Shown piece after piece: positions 18,168 to 28,356 of a DNA stretch of 44,559 nucleotides. Source of the DNA: Candidatus Magasanikiibacteriota bacterium (GTDB lineage: Bacteria; Patescibacteriota; Patescibacteriia; Magasanikbacterales; 2-02-FULL-50-9b); NCBI GenBank assembly GCA_903893485.1, contig CAITMK010000001.1:1-44559 (forward strand). Reading direction: 5' to 3'. A program made the translations under genes and the position numbers. Numbering within the stretch: the first letter of the stretch is position 1; every line of letters starts with the position of its first letter. Under the pieces are notes generated by a model that was given only the letters and a program-made list of their open reading frames with translations, was not told the origin of the DNA and did no database searches.

Positions 18168-19438
18168 AAGTGGTCGTATTCACGCATGGTGATTTGTGAC
18201 TCAATTTTGTTCATGGTTTCAATGGCAACCGACACGACGATGAGCAAACTGGTACCGCCAATGGCAAGTGTACGAGTTCCCATGAAGTTTTGCACAATAA
18301 GCGGCAGTACTGCAATGAGTGCCAAGAAAATTGCACCCGCAAGTAAAACGCGATTGGTTACACGTTCCAAATATTCTGCAGTCGCGCTGCCTGGACGAAT
18401 ACCTGGAATAAAGCCACCCTGTTTTTGCAGATTTTCTGCAACTTTGTCTGGTTGAAACACAATGCCTGTGTAAAAGAAGGTAAAACCAAATACCAATACA
18501 AAGTAAATGATGCCGTAATATAATTGATTCTGAAAGAAGCTAATTACATTTTCAGCGAATCCTGCGACCCACGCGGTTTGTGCATGCACAAAGAATTGCG
18601 CAATAAGTGGTGGGAACAACACCATTGAGATCGCAAAGATGATTGGAATAACGCCAGCCATGTTTACGCGAATTGGCAAATGAGTTGAAACGCCGCCAAA
18701 CATACGGGTACCACGTTGCTGACGTGCATACTGAATTGGAATGATGCGTTGACCCTGTGACATGAATACCACGCCAACGATAGTTACCAAACCAAGAATT
18801 GCAAATGCAAGCAGCTGAACCATTTGTGACTTATCAAAAGTTACAAACGCACGCTGCACTGCAGTTGGAAGTGACGAAACGATACCTGCAAAAATCAAAA
18901 TTGAAATACCATTACCCACGTTTTTTTCTGTAATGAGCTCACCGAGCCACATAAGAAAAATCGTACCTGCGGTAACTGTAATAAGAATTGTTGCCAATTT
19001 AAATGGCGTCAGGTCAATGAAAATCGAAGCCTGAGATTGACGAAGCAAATTGATCATGCCGTAAGACTGCAAAATACCAAGCGGTACTGCAAGCAAACGA
19101 GTCCATTGATTCACGCGCTGCTGGCCAGCTTCACCTTCTTTTTGGAGTTCTTCCAAAGAAGGGATGATCATGCCGAGGAGCTGAAAAATAATGGACGCGG
19201 TAATGTATGGACCAACGCCCATCATCACGACAGAAAAATTCTGCAAAGTGCCACCAGAAAAAACATTAAGCAACCCAACAAATTGGTTATTGTCAACGAA
19301 GTTCTTGAGCGCTTCGGCGTTAATACCTGGAACTGGGATATGCGCTGCTAAGCGGAAAATCACTAAAATGCCCAATACAAACAAAATACTTTCCCGGAGT
19401 TCTTTAATACTCCAGACTGATTTCAAGCGTTCCCACAT
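18164..19438 (-). CDS. secY: Preprotein translocase SecY
   Basis: GVGPYITASII, GNGISILIFAGI, FIPGIRPG, GGTSLLIVV; start MWERLK. Confidence 0.98.
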   Translation of the reverse strand: MWERLKSVWSIKELRESILFVLGILVIFRLAAHIPVPGINAEALKNFVDNNQFVGLLNVFSGGTLQNFSVVMMGVGPYITASIIFQLLGMIIPSLEELQKEGEAGQQRVNQWTRLLAVPLGILQSYGMINLLRQSQASIFIDLTPFKLATILITVTAGTIFLMWLGELITEKNVGNGISILIFAGIVSSLPTAVQRAFVTFDKSQMVQLLAFAILGLVTIVGVVFMSQGQRIIPIQYARQQRGTRMFGGVSTHLPIRVNMAGVIPIIFAISMVLFPPLIAQFFVHAQTAWVAGFAENVISFFQNQLYYGIIYFVLVFGFTFFYTGIVFQPDKVAENLQKQGGFIPGIRPGSATAEYLERVTNRVLLAGAIFLALIAVLPLIVQNFMGTRTLAIGGTSLLIVVSVAIETMNKIESQITMREYDHL

Positions 19439-19448
19439 AGGAAAAATG

Positions 19449-19892
19449 TTATGCTGTAACTGTGCCGCCGGCCGCTTCAATTGCGGTGCGAGCACCTGCT
19501 GTTACTGCTACTCCTTGGAGTGTAAATTTCTTTTCTACTTTGGTGTTGCCAACAATCTTAACGGTGTGATTTGCGTGGCCACGAACAAAACCAGCAGTGC
19601 GAAGAGCCTCTGCGGTAATAACAGTACCATCTGCAAACTCTTTCTGCAACTGAGACACTGTTACTGTAACTGGTTTACCAGACATTGATTTGAAACCACG
19701 AAGTTTTGGCAAGCTCTGGATGAGCGCCTTGCTACCTTTGAAGGCAAGCTTATGGCGACCACCTGAACGAGCACGCTGACCCTTGTAGCCACGACCAGCG
19801 GTTTTACCCAAACCGGACGATGTACCACGGCCAACATCAAAACTCTTCATGCGGCTACCTGGTTTTGGTGTAAGTGTATGAGTATTCAACAT
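19449..19892 (-). CDS. rplO: 50S ribosomal protein L15
   Basis: GRGTSSGLGKTAGRGYKGQRARSG; operon position. Confidence 0.96.
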   Translation of the reverse strand: MLNTHTLTPKPGSRMKSFDVGRGTSSGLGKTAGRGYKGQRARSGGRHKLAFKGSKALIQSLPKLRGFKSMSGKPVTVTVSQLQKEFADGTVITAEALRTAGFVRGHANHTVKIVGNTKVEKKFTLQGVAVTAGARTAIEAAGGTVTA

Positions 19893-19902
19893 ATGAAGAA
19901 TG

Positions 19903-20586
19903 TTATGCGGCCTTTGGTGTTTTTACACGAGGGGCTTTAAGTGCGCCCAATGCTTCGATTGCTGCACGAACGTTATTGATTTTATTATTTGCACCCAAAA
20001 TTTTGGATGATGCGTTTGGCACACCAGCGAGCTGGAGTACTACGCGAACTGGACCACCTGCAATAATACCAGAACCAAGTGGTGCAGGCATAATGAGAAT
20101 GCTTGAAGCACCAGATTTACCACGAGTGGTATGTGGAATGGTACCGTTAGCCATAGGCACGGTGATCACACGTTTTTTTGCTTTAGTCGATGCTTTCAAA
20201 ACAGCAGCCTGAACGTCAACACCTTTGCTGGTAGCAAAACCAACGCGGCCTTTGCCGTCGCCTACCACAACAGTTGCGCGGAAACGCATGCGTTTACCAC
20301 CTTTGGTCACACGTGTAACACGTGCCAAATCCAAAGTAACTTGGTTAAATTCGCTTGGTTCACGTTCGCGTCCGCCACGGTCATCGCGACGACCACGTCC
20401 GCCAGCACCACCTGCGCCACCACGTCCACCGCCAGCACCACCGCGACCGTTGCGGCCACCTGCTGGGCGATTTTCTTCTGGCATTGAGCCACGAACCATT
20501 ACTTCAAGTGCTACTGCTGGAGCGATGTCCGCAGGGCCTGCAGTTACTGGAGCTTCTGATTCTGTTGTTGTTTTTTCTTCAGACAT
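19903..20586 (-). CDS. rpsE: 30S ribosomal protein S5 with Gly/Arg-rich N-terminal extension
   Basis: RVTRVTKGGKRMRFRA, GSGIIAGG. Confidence 0.97.
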   Translation of the reverse strand: MSEEKTTTESEAPVTAGPADIAPAVALEVMVRGSMPEENRPAGGRNGRGGAGGGRGGAGGAGGRGRRDDRGGREREPSEFNQVTLDLARVTRVTKGGKRMRFRATVVVGDGKGRVGFATSKGVDVQAAVLKASTKAKKRVITVPMANGTIPHTTRGKSGASSILIMPAPLGSGIIAGGPVRVVLQLAGVPNASSKILGANNKINNVRAAIEALGALKAPRVKTPKAA

Positions 20587-20591
20587 AAAAC

Positions 20592-20960
20592 TTAAAATTG
20601 AAGACCGCCTTCACGAGCACCTTCAGCGAAGGCGCGTAAACGACCGGTGAAACGAAAACCACCACGATCAAAAACTACCGTTGTGATTTTTGCAGTTTTA
20701 GCAAGCTCTGCAAGGGCTTTGCCGCCTAAATAACTTTCCGCGATTTTCCCGGTGCGTTCGCCAGCATCGCCTTTTAAACCAGCGGTTGCAGCGGCAGCCA
20801 AAGTTTTACCAGTGGTATCGTCAATAAGCTGAGCAAGGATTTGCGTAAGTGAACGATAAATTGAAAGACGAGGCACCGCTGGCGTACCAGAAATGCGTGC
20901 GCGGATTGCATGATGACGGCGTGCGCGGCGTGCTCGTTTGTATAATGGAGACTCTTTCAT
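20592..20960 (-). CDS. rplR: 50S ribosomal protein L18
   Basis: PRLSIYRS, VVFDRGG, AREGGLQF. Confidence 0.97.
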   Translation of the reverse strand: MKESPLYKRARRARRHHAIRARISGTPAVPRLSIYRSLTQILAQLIDDTTGKTLAAAATAGLKGDAGERTGKIAESYLGGKALAELAKTAKITTVVFDRGGFRFTGRLRAFAEGAREGGLQF

Positions 20961-20968
20961 AGCGGTTA

Positions 20969-21514
20969 TTATTTAGCTGACTTAGCAGCCTTACCTGCCT
21001 TACGGCGGATGTATTCGCCGGCGTATTTAATACCTTTACCTTTATATGGTTCAGGCTTACGGATGCGACGAATCTGTGCGGCCATTTCACCAACAAGCTG
21101 TTTGTCGATGCCAGTAAGTGTAATGTTTGTTTTTTCTGCGGTTGCAGTGATGCCAGCTGGGATTTCGAAGACAACTGGGTGTGAATAACCCACTTCGATC
21201 TTCAAATCTTTGCCCTGCATTGCAACGCGGTAACCAACACCCACGAGTTCTAACTTTTTCTCGTAGCCTTTGGTAACACCAACAATCATGTTGCGAAGAA
21301 GTGCACCTGCCAAGCCCCAAAGAGCGCGGTCAGATTTAAGACCTTCATCAGCGATTTTCACGCTCAAGATGTCGCCTTCTTTCACCGCAGTGGTGTGTGG
21401 GTGCAAAGTCATCTTTAAAGTACCTTTTGGGCCTTTAACAGTAACTTCCTGATCCTTGACGGTTACGTCAACGCCAGCTGGAATGGTAATAGGTTGTTTT
21501 CCAATACGTGACAT
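20969..21514 (-). CDS. rplF: 50S ribosomal protein L6
   Basis: MSRIGKQPI, PEPYKGKGIKY. Confidence 0.98.
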   Translation of the reverse strand: MSRIGKQPITIPAGVDVTVKDQEVTVKGPKGTLKMTLHPHTTAVKEGDILSVKIADEGLKSDRALWGLAGALLRNMIVGVTKGYEKKLELVGVGYRVAMQGKDLKIEVGYSHPVVFEIPAGITATAEKTNITLTGIDKQLVGEMAAQIRRIRKPEPYKGKGIKYAGEYIRRKAGKAAKSAK

Positions 21515-21523
21515 ATAATTTTA

Positions 21524-21922
21524 TTACCAGACAGTGCAAACCATTTCACCGCCAACACCAAGCTTTTTAGCTTTTTTGTTGGTCATAATACCTTGTGAAG
21601 TGGAAAGGATTGCAACACCGTAGCCGCTCTGAATGGTTGGCAGCTCTTCGGATTTTTTGTATACACGATGACCTGGCTTTGAAACACGGGTAACTTCCGT
21701 GATTGCCGCGCGGCCACCTTCGTATTTCAGACGAATCTTAAGGTCAGGAAAACCTTGTTTGCCTTCTGGAACTTTTTCCACTGAGGTAACAAATTTTTCT
21801 TCAACCAAAATGTCCGCAACTGAATGCTTGAGTTTTGAGTATGGAAGGGTGATTTCATGCTTGTGAGCCATGTATCCATTACGGATACGGGTGAGCATGT
21901 CTGCGATTGGATCTGTTGTCAT
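21524..21922 (-). CDS. rpsH: 30S ribosomal protein S8
   Basis: DPIADMLTRIRN, SKPGHRVY, STSQG. Confidence 0.98.
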   Translation of the reverse strand: MTTDPIADMLTRIRNGYMAHKHEITLPYSKLKHSVADILVEEKFVTSVEKVPEGKQGFPDLKIRLKYEGGRAAITEVTRVSKPGHRVYKKSEELPTIQSGYGVAILSTSQGIMTNKKAKKLGVGGEMVCTVW

Positions 21923-21923
21923 A

Positions 21924-22109
21924 TTACCAGCTAGATTTACGAACACCCGGGAGTTCACCACGGTTTGCTAATTCACGGAAGCAAATACGGCATAAGTTAA
22001 ACATGCGCATATAGCTACGTGTGCGGCCGCATTTAAAGCAGCGGTTAACCTTGCGTGAAGAGAATTTTGGTTTCTTTGCAGATTGTGCGATTTGTGCCTC
22101 TGTTGCCAT
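21924..22109 (-). CDS. rpsN: 30S ribosomal protein S14 (zinc-binding type Z)
   Basis: RCFKCGR...[18 protein letters not shown]. Confidence 0.97.
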   Translation of the reverse strand: MATEAQIAQSAKKPKFSSRKVNRCFKCGRTRSYMRMFNLCRICFRELANRGELPGVRKSSW

Positions 22110-22114
22110 ATAGA

Positions 22115-22663
22115 TTATTTTACGGCTTCTTTAAATGGGAACCCGAGCGCACGAAGAAGCGCTTCCCCCGCCTTGAATGAACCTGCGGTTGTGTGAATGG
22201 TGATTTCAAGGCCATGCACATTGTCCAATTCATCATTCTTAATTTCTGGGAATGACAAATGTTCTTTGAAACCAAGTGACATGTTACCATTCGCATCAAT
22301 TGCTTTGGTAGAAATGCCACGGAAGTCGCGAACACGTGGGAAAGTAACTGCAACCAACTTTTGGATGAAATCCCACATGCGAGCGCCACGAAGAGTTACT
22401 TTGTAACCAACAACTTGGCCTTCACGAAGTTTAAAGTTTGAAATTGAGATGCGTGACTTTGTTTCTGCAGGCTTTTGGCCGGTGATGCGTGTAAGTGTGC
22501 GGATAACGGTATCGATCATTTTGCTATCTTTACCGATTTTACCTACACCAACAGAGACCACCACTTTAACGATTTTTGGTACCGCGTTAACATTATCAAT
22601 ACCAAGCTGTTTTTGCAGCGCTGGCACGATCTCTTCGCGATATTGTTCTTTTAATTTTTTCAT
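22115..22663 (-). CDS. rplE: 50S ribosomal protein L5
   Basis: [20 protein letters not shown]. Confidence 0.98.
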   Translation of the reverse strand: MKKLKEQYREEIVPALQKQLGIDNVNAVPKIVKVVVSVGVGKIGKDSKMIDTVIRTLTRITGQKPAETKSRISISNFKLREGQVVGYKVTLRGARMWDFIQKLVAVTFPRVRDFRGISTKAIDANGNMSLGFKEHLSFPEIKNDELDNVHGLEITIHTTAGSFKAGEALLRALGFPFKEAVK

Positions 22664-22664
22664 A

Positions 22665-22979
22665 TTACAAGATGGTTCCTGTTTTTTTAGCCACGCGAAC
22701 CTTTTTGCCTTCCTTCACTTCCATTTTCACGCGAGTTGGCTTCTTGGTAGAAGGATCAATCAGCATGACATTAGAAATGTGCATTGGCGCAGACAACTCA
22801 AGGATCTGACCTTTTTGGTCTGAACCACGAGCACGCATGTGTTTTTTCATGAGGTTAATGCCCTCAACCACAATACGATCTTTTTCGGTGAAAATCTGAA
22901 GAACCTTACCAGTTTTGCCCTTGTCCTTGCCGGCAATCACCTGTACCTCGTCTCCAGTTTTGATATGATATTTTGCCAT
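22665..22979 (-). CDS. rplX: 50S ribosomal protein L24
   Basis: GDEVQVIAGKDKGK, HISNV. Confidence 0.97.
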   Translation of the reverse strand: MAKYHIKTGDEVQVIAGKDKGKTGKVLQIFTEKDRIVVEGINLMKKHMRARGSDQKGQILELSAPMHISNVMLIDPSTKKPTRVKMEVKEGKKVRVAKKTGTIL

Positions 22980-22983
22980 ATGT

Positions 22984-23355
22984 TTACAAAACTTCAGGGG
23001 CAAGTGACACAATCTTTTGGTAACCCATCGCACGAAGTTCACGTGCTACTGGTCCAAAGATACGTGTACCCTTAGGTTCTTTTGTTTTTTTATCGATAAT
23101 AACTGCTGCGTTTTCGCTGAAACGCACGTAGGTGCCATCAGCACGACGTGTTTCCTTGCGCTGACGAACAATCACAGCGGTAACCACGTCACCTTTTTTA
23201 GCGGTGCCATGTGGTTCAGCTTCTTTAACACTGCAAACAACCAAGTCGCCAATTGTTGCATAACGTTTTTTGTAGCCGCCGAGTACGCGAAAAGCATAAA
23301 GCTTTTTAGCGCCGGAATTGTCTGCTACTTGGAGCATTGAGCGATGCTGAATCAT
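22984..23355 (-). CDS. rplN: 50S ribosomal protein L14
   Basis: [19 protein letters not shown]. Confidence 0.98.
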   Translation of the reverse strand: MIQHRSMLQVADNSGAKKLYAFRVLGGYKKRYATIGDLVVCSVKEAEPHGTAKKGDVVTAVIVRQRKETRRADGTYVRFSENAAVIIDKKTKEPKGTRIFGPVARELRAMGYQKIVSLAPEVL

Positions 23356-23356
23356 A

Positions 23357-23602
23357 TTATTTAGTTACCACGAGCCAACACTTTGTTTTAGAAAGTGGAC
23401 GGCATTGTGTGAAAGTTACGACATCCCCGACCTTGTGGGTGCCATGTTCATCATGAACATGATATTTTTTGGATACCACGTACTGTTTTTTATATTTTGG
23501 ATGAATTTTGGTACGGTCAACCTGCACTGTAATGGTTTTCTGCATTGCAGCGGAGATGACTTTACCGGTAAATTCTCGCTTAACGTTAGCTTTTTGTTCC
23601 AT
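23357..23602 (-). CDS. rpsQ: 30S ribosomal protein S17
   Basis: HPKYKK, HDE, RPLSKTK. Confidence 0.97.
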   Translation of the reverse strand: MEQKANVKREFTGKVISAAMQKTITVQVDRTKIHPKYKKQYVVSKKYHVHDEHGTHKVGDVVTFTQCRPLSKTKCWLVVTK

Positions 23603-23603
23603 A

Positions 23604-23804
23604 TTAGTGACGTGTTAGTGTACCCTGCTCTCCAAGAATTGTCAAGATTTGAGCACGTTCTTTTTTGAGCATCGAAACCTCATTTGGTTTACGGAATGTT
23701 GCAGTTGCAAGACCCATTTCCAAAGCACGGATTTCTTCGGTGATTGTTGCAACACGTGAGGTTAACTCTTCTTTTGTGGCTGAGCGAAGTTCTGTGAGTT
23801 TCAT
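23604..23804 (-). CDS. rpmC: 50S ribosomal protein L29
   Basis: MKLTELR...KKERAQILT; position between rplP and rpsQ. Confidence 0.9.
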   Translation of the reverse strand: MKLTELRSATKEELTSRVATITEEIRALEMGLATATFRKPNEVSMLKKERAQILTILGEQGTLTRH

Positions 23805-23808
23805 AGAG

Positions 23809-24225
23809 TTATCCGTTACGCTTAACCATAATTGCCTTGAGTGGCAATTTGTAGTTTGCAAATTCAAACGCTTCTTTTACCTGTGCTTCTGGCACGCCGT
23901 CCATTTCGAACATAACCGTACCTGGGCGAACGATACACACGTAGTGATCTACACCACCCTTACCTTTACCCATAGGTGTTTCTGCACCTTTCTGAGTAAT
24001 TGGTTTGTCTGGAAAAATACGAATCCACACTTTGCCACCTTTTTTGGTGTAACGAGTGAGCACCTTACGAACAGATTCAATCTGACGTGAAGTTACCCAT
24101 GCGTATGTGGTTGCACGAAGACCAAAGGTACCGAAAGCAACAGTAACTTTGCTGGTAGCGATACCAGTGTTGCGACGGCGGCCCTTATGCCACTTGCGAT
24201 GTTTTACCTTTTTAGGAATCAGCAT
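23809..24225 (-). CDS. rplP: 50S ribosomal protein L16
   Basis: MLIPKKVKHRK, IRIFPDKP, MGKGKG. Confidence 0.98.
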   Translation of the reverse strand: MLIPKKVKHRKWHKGRRRNTGIATSKVTVAFGTFGLRATTYAWVTSRQIESVRKVLTRYTKKGGKVWIRIFPDKPITQKGAETPMGKGKGGVDHYVCIVRPGTVMFEMDGVPEAQVKEAFEFANYKLPLKAIMVKRNG

Positions 24226-24228
24226 AGA

Positions 24229-24921
24229 TTATTTCGAAAACACTTTTTCTTTTGCATCGTCAGTGAAACGATCCTTGCGACCAAAACGTTCGCCTTTGTA
24301 GATCCACACCTTGATACCGATCGCACCATAAATAGTGTGAGCGGTGCCAGTTGCAAAATCAATTTCGCTACGAATTGTTGCGAGTGGAACCTTGCCCCAT
24401 GACAACCATTCGCGACGTGCAATTTCCGCACCGTTCAAACGGCCAGATACTGCAACTTTAATACCAAGGGCGCCGGCGCGCTGTGCGCGTTCGATGGTTC
24501 CCTTAAGTACGCGGCGGAAAGGCATACGCTTTTCAAGATCAGCTGCCATCTGTTCGATAACAACGGTTGATGAAATGCTTGGGTTAGCAAGTTCCTGAAC
24601 ATTCACGCGAAGCTGCGCGTCTTTTTTTCCAGGGAAAAATTTCTGTTGGATTTTTTTGCGAAGCTCGTCGATACCAGCGCCGCCACGACCAATGATCATA
24701 CCTGGCTTACCTGCCAAAATAGTAACCACGGTATCGCGTGCACCCATTTCAATTTTTGTTGAGTCAACAGCAGCACCCTTCAATTCTTTTTTGAGGTACT
24801 TACGAAGATCCACGTCAAATTCAAGTGCTTTAGCGTAGTTGTTCTTAGAGCGATACCAACGTGAGTCCCACGTCCAGAGCTCGCCCATGCGAAAAATTTT
24901 TGGATGTACTTTGTGACCCAT
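24229..24921 (-). CDS. rpsC: 30S ribosomal protein S3
   Basis: MGHKVHP, PGMIIGRGG, SGRLNGAEIAR, GIKVWI. Confidence 0.98.
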   Translation of the reverse strand: MGHKVHPKIFRMGELWTWDSRWYRSKNNYAKALEFDVDLRKYLKKELKGAAVDSTKIEMGARDTVVTILAGKPGMIIGRGGAGIDELRKKIQQKFFPGKKDAQLRVNVQELANPSISSTVVIEQMAADLEKRMPFRRVLKGTIERAQRAGALGIKVAVSGRLNGAEIARREWLSWGKVPLATIRSEIDFATGTAHTIYGAIGIKVWIYKGERFGRKDRFTDDAKEKVFSK

Positions 24922-24922
24922 A

Positions 24923-25324
24923 TTATTTGGTATTAGTTACGGCTTTCGCTTTGGCTGCGGCCTTGCGAGCTGCAGCTGCCTTTACAGGCTTTGGCGAATC
25001 CGACAAAGTAACCATGACGTGTGCCATGTGCTTATGAATTTCTGCTGCGCGACCCATTGCACGAGGGCGGAAGCGCTTAATGAAACCAGCATTGTCTGAG
25101 CTAATTTCTGAGATCCAGAGTTTTTCTGGTTCTGCTTTGAAATTGTGCTCTGCATTTGCCATTGCTGATTTAATAAGTTTTGCAACCGGTGCTGCTGCGT
25201 CGCGACGCACAAAAGCAAGGCGTGTTAACGCTTCGGTAGCATACATGCCGCGCACCATATCAGTGATAAGGCGCACTTTGCGACAAGACATGCGGATTGT
25301 ATTTGCGTGTGCCGTTGTTTTCAT
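24923..25324 (-). CDS. rplV: 50S ribosomal protein L22
   Basis: RKVRL, SAMANAEHN, PRAMGRA. Confidence 0.97.
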   Translation of the reverse strand: MKTTAHANTIRMSCRKVRLITDMVRGMYATEALTRLAFVRRDAAAPVAKLIKSAMANAEHNFKAEPEKLWISEISSDNAGFIKRFRPRAMGRAAEIHKHMAHVMVTLSDSPKPVKAAAARKAAAKAKAVTNTK

Positions 25325-25327
25325 AGC

Positions 25328-25627
25328 TTACTTTTTAGGGGCAGACTTACCAGCGCCTTCATCTTTAGCGAGTTTACCACCGTGGCGGACAAACTTGCGA
25401 GTTAATGAAAATTCACCAAGTTTGTGACCCACCATGTTTTCTACAACATAGACTGGGAGGAAATCTTTGCCGTTATGTACAGCAAAGGTAAAACCAACCA
25501 TAGATGGGGTGATTGTGCTTGCACGTGCCCAAGTTTTGATCACGGTTTTATCGCCAGCTTTTAACTTGCCGACTTTTTCCATGAGTTTTTGGTCCGTGTA
25601 TGGTCCTTTTTTGGTAGATCGCGACAT
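25328..25627 (-). CDS. rpsS: 30S ribosomal protein S19
   Basis: [24 protein letters not shown]. Confidence 0.98.
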   Translation of the reverse strand: MSRSTKKGPYTDQKLMEKVGKLKAGDKTVIKTWARASTITPSMVGFTFAVHNGKDFLPVYVVENMVGHKLGEFSLTRKFVRHGGKLAKDEGAGKSAPKK

Positions 25628-25628
25628 A

Positions 25629-26468
25629 TTATTTCTTCTTTGAACGACGAGCAATGATAAATACGCTGCTCGATTTTTTCTTGTTGCGAGTTTTTACACC
25701 CAATGCATGCTTACCCCATGGTGTCTTTGGATATTTCATACCAATGGAGTTACGGCCTTCACCACCACCATGTGGATGGTCAACAGGGTTCATAACCTTA
25801 CCACGAACTGTTGGACGAAAGCCCATATGACGCATACGGCCTGCCTTACCAACACGTACCAAGTTATGATCTGGGTTGCTTACCTGGCCGATGGTTGCAC
25901 TGCAATCTGCAGAAACCATGCGAACTTCACCAGATGGCATACGAAGAGTTGCCATGTTGTTTTCTACTGCCATGAACTGAGCACCGTTACCAGCACCACG
26001 AACCATTTTGCCACCTTGAAGCGGTTTGAGTTCTACGTTATGAACAGTAATACCAACTGGGATGAACTTAAGTGGCATACGATTGCCATCGATAGGTTCG
26101 ATTGCCTGTTGTGAAGACATAAGAACTGCACCAACAGCTACGTTGTTTGGAGCAATCATGTAAGCCTTTGTGCCATCTGGGTATTCAAGGAGAGCCAAAC
26201 GAGCACCACGAGCTGGATCGTATTCGATAGCTGCAACAGTTGCAGGTACGTCGAATTTGTTTGAAACAAAATCAACCGTACGTGTGTAACGGCGAGCACC
26301 ACCGCCACGATGGCGAACAGTGATTTTACCGGTGTTGTTACGACCACCATTTGAGGCGCGGAAAAAAATCAGTGATTTTTCTGGTTCAAATTTTGTAATG
26401 TCTTTGAACGCATCAACACTGCTGTTGCGGCGGCCTGCACTGGTTGGATTGTATTTCTTAATCGGCAT
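25629..26468 (-). CDS. rplB: 50S ribosomal protein L2
   Basis: [29 protein letters not shown]. Confidence 0.99.
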   Translation of the reverse strand: MPIKKYNPTSAGRRNSSVDAFKDITKFEPEKSLIFFRASNGGRNNTGKITVRHRGGGARRYTRTVDFVSNKFDVPATVAAIEYDPARGARLALLEYPDGTKAYMIAPNNVAVGAVLMSSQQAIEPIDGNRMPLKFIPVGITVHNVELKPLQGGKMVRGAGNGAQFMAVENNMATLRMPSGEVRMVSADCSATIGQVSNPDHNLVRVGKAGRMRHMGFRPTVRGKVMNPVDHPHGGGEGRNSIGMKYPKTPWGKHALGVKTRNKKKSSSVFIIARRSKKK

Positions 26469-26473
26469 AGTAA

Positions 26474-27013
26474 TTAAACGCCTTTAAACAAAGAGATCGT
26501 CTGACCTTTTGCAAGAGTCACAAACGCTTTCTTAGTGTTGCTACGGCTACCCGAGTTGCGACCAGCACCAACTTTTTTGCCATCCATACGGCTGGTGTGA
26601 ACACGGATTACTGAAACGCCATAGATTTTCTCGATTGCTTCTTTGATTGCGCGCTTGTTTGCAGTTGGAAGCACTTCAAACATGTGTGTGTTGTGCTCTG
26701 CAGTGCGTGTACCTTTTTCGGTAACCAGTGGGCGAACAATGTATTTTGCAGCACCGTTACCAATCGCACCCTCTACAGCAATTGGGCGAGCAGCATGAAC
26801 CGCACCATGGTCGTGACCGCTGTGGTCATGGCCATCATGTTCATCGTGATCATGAGCAGCTTCAACTGCAGCAACCGCAACTTTTTTTGCTTTTGCTGGA
26901 GCCTTTTTTTCTGTAGCTGGTTTTTCTGCAGCAGCCTTACGTGCACGAGGCTTTTTTTCCTCAGCACCTTCTTCTGCTCCAACCAATTTTTTGACTTTAC
27001 CAAGAATACTCAT
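26474..27013 (-). CDS. rplW: 50S ribosomal protein L23 with long N-terminal Lys/Ala- and His-rich extension
   Basis: C-terminal core RPLVTEK...ANKRAIKEAIEKIYGV...KKAFVTL; start MSILGK after TAAT. Confidence 0.93.
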   Translation of the reverse strand: MSILGKVKKLVGAEEGAEEKKPRARKAAAEKPATEKKAPAKAKKVAVAAVEAAHDHDEHDGHDHSGHDHGAVHAARPIAVEGAIGNGAAKYIVRPLVTEKGTRTAEHNTHMFEVLPTANKRAIKEAIEKIYGVSVIRVHTSRMDGKKVGAGRNSGSRSNTKKAFVTLAKGQTISLFKGV

Positions 27014-27014
27014 A

Positions 27015-27647
27015 TTATTTGACGAACAAGGTTTCAAGACCCTTCAAGGTGTCTTCGCTTACAACCATATATTGATGCTCAAGCATGGCTGCAACGTTAA
27101 CTTCGTTTACTGGGAGCACATCAACACGTTCAATGTTGCGAGCTGCACGGTAAGTTTTTGTATCCTTTTCTGGGGTTACCACCAAAATGCTGCGACCCAA
27201 AACGCCGAGGCCTTTAAGCATTTCTGCGAAGCCCTTTGTTTTGCTTTCGGTGTTCCAATCGGTGATAACAAAAAGTGCTTTGTCTTCAGCGCGGTTGGTA
27301 AGCATCATGCGAAAAGCTTTGCGCATGGTTGCTTTGTTGATTTTACGTTTATAATTTTTTTCTGAGCGTGGACCAAAAGTGATACCACCGCCAACCCAAA
27401 TTGGTGAACGGGTTGAACCATGACGAGCACGGCCAGTACCTTTTTGTTTCCATGGTTTTTTACCGCCACCGCGAACTTCACCGCGTGTTTTTGTGTGAGC
27501 ACCACCTTGGCGCATGCTTGAGGTCAATGAAGTGAAAACTTCATGAAGCACACCCTGTTTCATTGGTTCTGCAAACAAAACACTGTCGGTTTTAAGTTCA
27601 CCAACTTTTTCGCCTTTTTTGTTGTAGGTAAGTAAGGTGACCGACAT
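27015..27647 (-). CDS. rplD: 50S ribosomal protein L4
   Basis: TKTRGEVRGGGKKPWKQKGTGRARHGS. Confidence 0.98.
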   Translation of the reverse strand: MSVTLLTYNKKGEKVGELKTDSVLFAEPMKQGVLHEVFTSLTSSMRQGGAHTKTRGEVRGGGKKPWKQKGTGRARHGSTRSPIWVGGGITFGPRSEKNYKRKINKATMRKAFRMMLTNRAEDKALFVITDWNTESKTKGFAEMLKGLGVLGRSILVVTPEKDTKTYRAARNIERVDVLPVNEVNVAAMLEHQYMVVSEDTLKGLETLFVK

Positions 27648-27648
27648 A

Positions 27649-28356
27649 TTAAGCAGTTAATTCTTCAGTTACCTCAGGAGCAACTTCTGCTTCTGGGGCG
27701 GTGATCTCTTCTACAACAGCATCTGATGAATCTGGAGTATTTTTTACTACCAAATCACCTTCTGCTTCGAGAACGATAAGACCGTTAAAAGCGCCCGGAA
27801 CTGCACCGCGGACAAAAATGTCGTTGGTAACAGGATCGATTGCGACAACTTCGAGGTTCAGTACGGTTACACGAGCATCACCCATGTGACCTGCCATACG
27901 CATGCCTTTAAAAACACGTTGAACACCACCAGCACCAATGGAACCAGGAGCGCGTAAGTTATCTTTATGACCATGTGAAGCAGGACCACCACGGAAATGA
28001 TGGCGTTTTACAACACCAGCAAAACCCTTACCTTTTGATGTGCCAATTGCTTTTACGCGTTCGCCAAGGCTAAACGTATCGACAGTAATGACATCACCGC
28101 GATGTACGGGCTGTGTTACCTGAAATTCTTTGAGTACACGAAACATTGGCAAACCTTTCAAGTGACCTTGAATTGATTTGTTCAATGTTTTTGAGGTTGT
28201 TTCAAATCCAACCTGGATTGCTACTTGCTTTCCCCCACCAAGTTTAACTTGCGTGACAGTTACCGGTCCCGCTTTAATGCGAGTAACCGGAATAACCGCC
28301 CCGTCTGGGCGAAAGATTTGCGTCATGTTCTGTTTTCTTCCGATAATAAATTTCAT
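27649..28356 (-). CDS. rplC: 50S ribosomal protein L3
   Basis: [26 protein letters not shown]. Confidence 0.98.
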   Translation of the reverse strand: MKFIIGRKQNMTQIFRPDGAVIPVTRIKAGPVTVTQVKLGGGKQVAIQVGFETTSKTLNKSIQGHLKGLPMFRVLKEFQVTQPVHRGDVITVDTFSLGERVKAIGTSKGKGFAGVVKRHHFRGGPASHGHKDNLRAPGSIGAGGVQRVFKGMRMAGHMGDARVTVLNLEVVAIDPVTNDIFVRGAVPGAFNGLIVLEAEGDLVVKNTPDSSDAVVEEITAPEAEVAPEVTEELTA

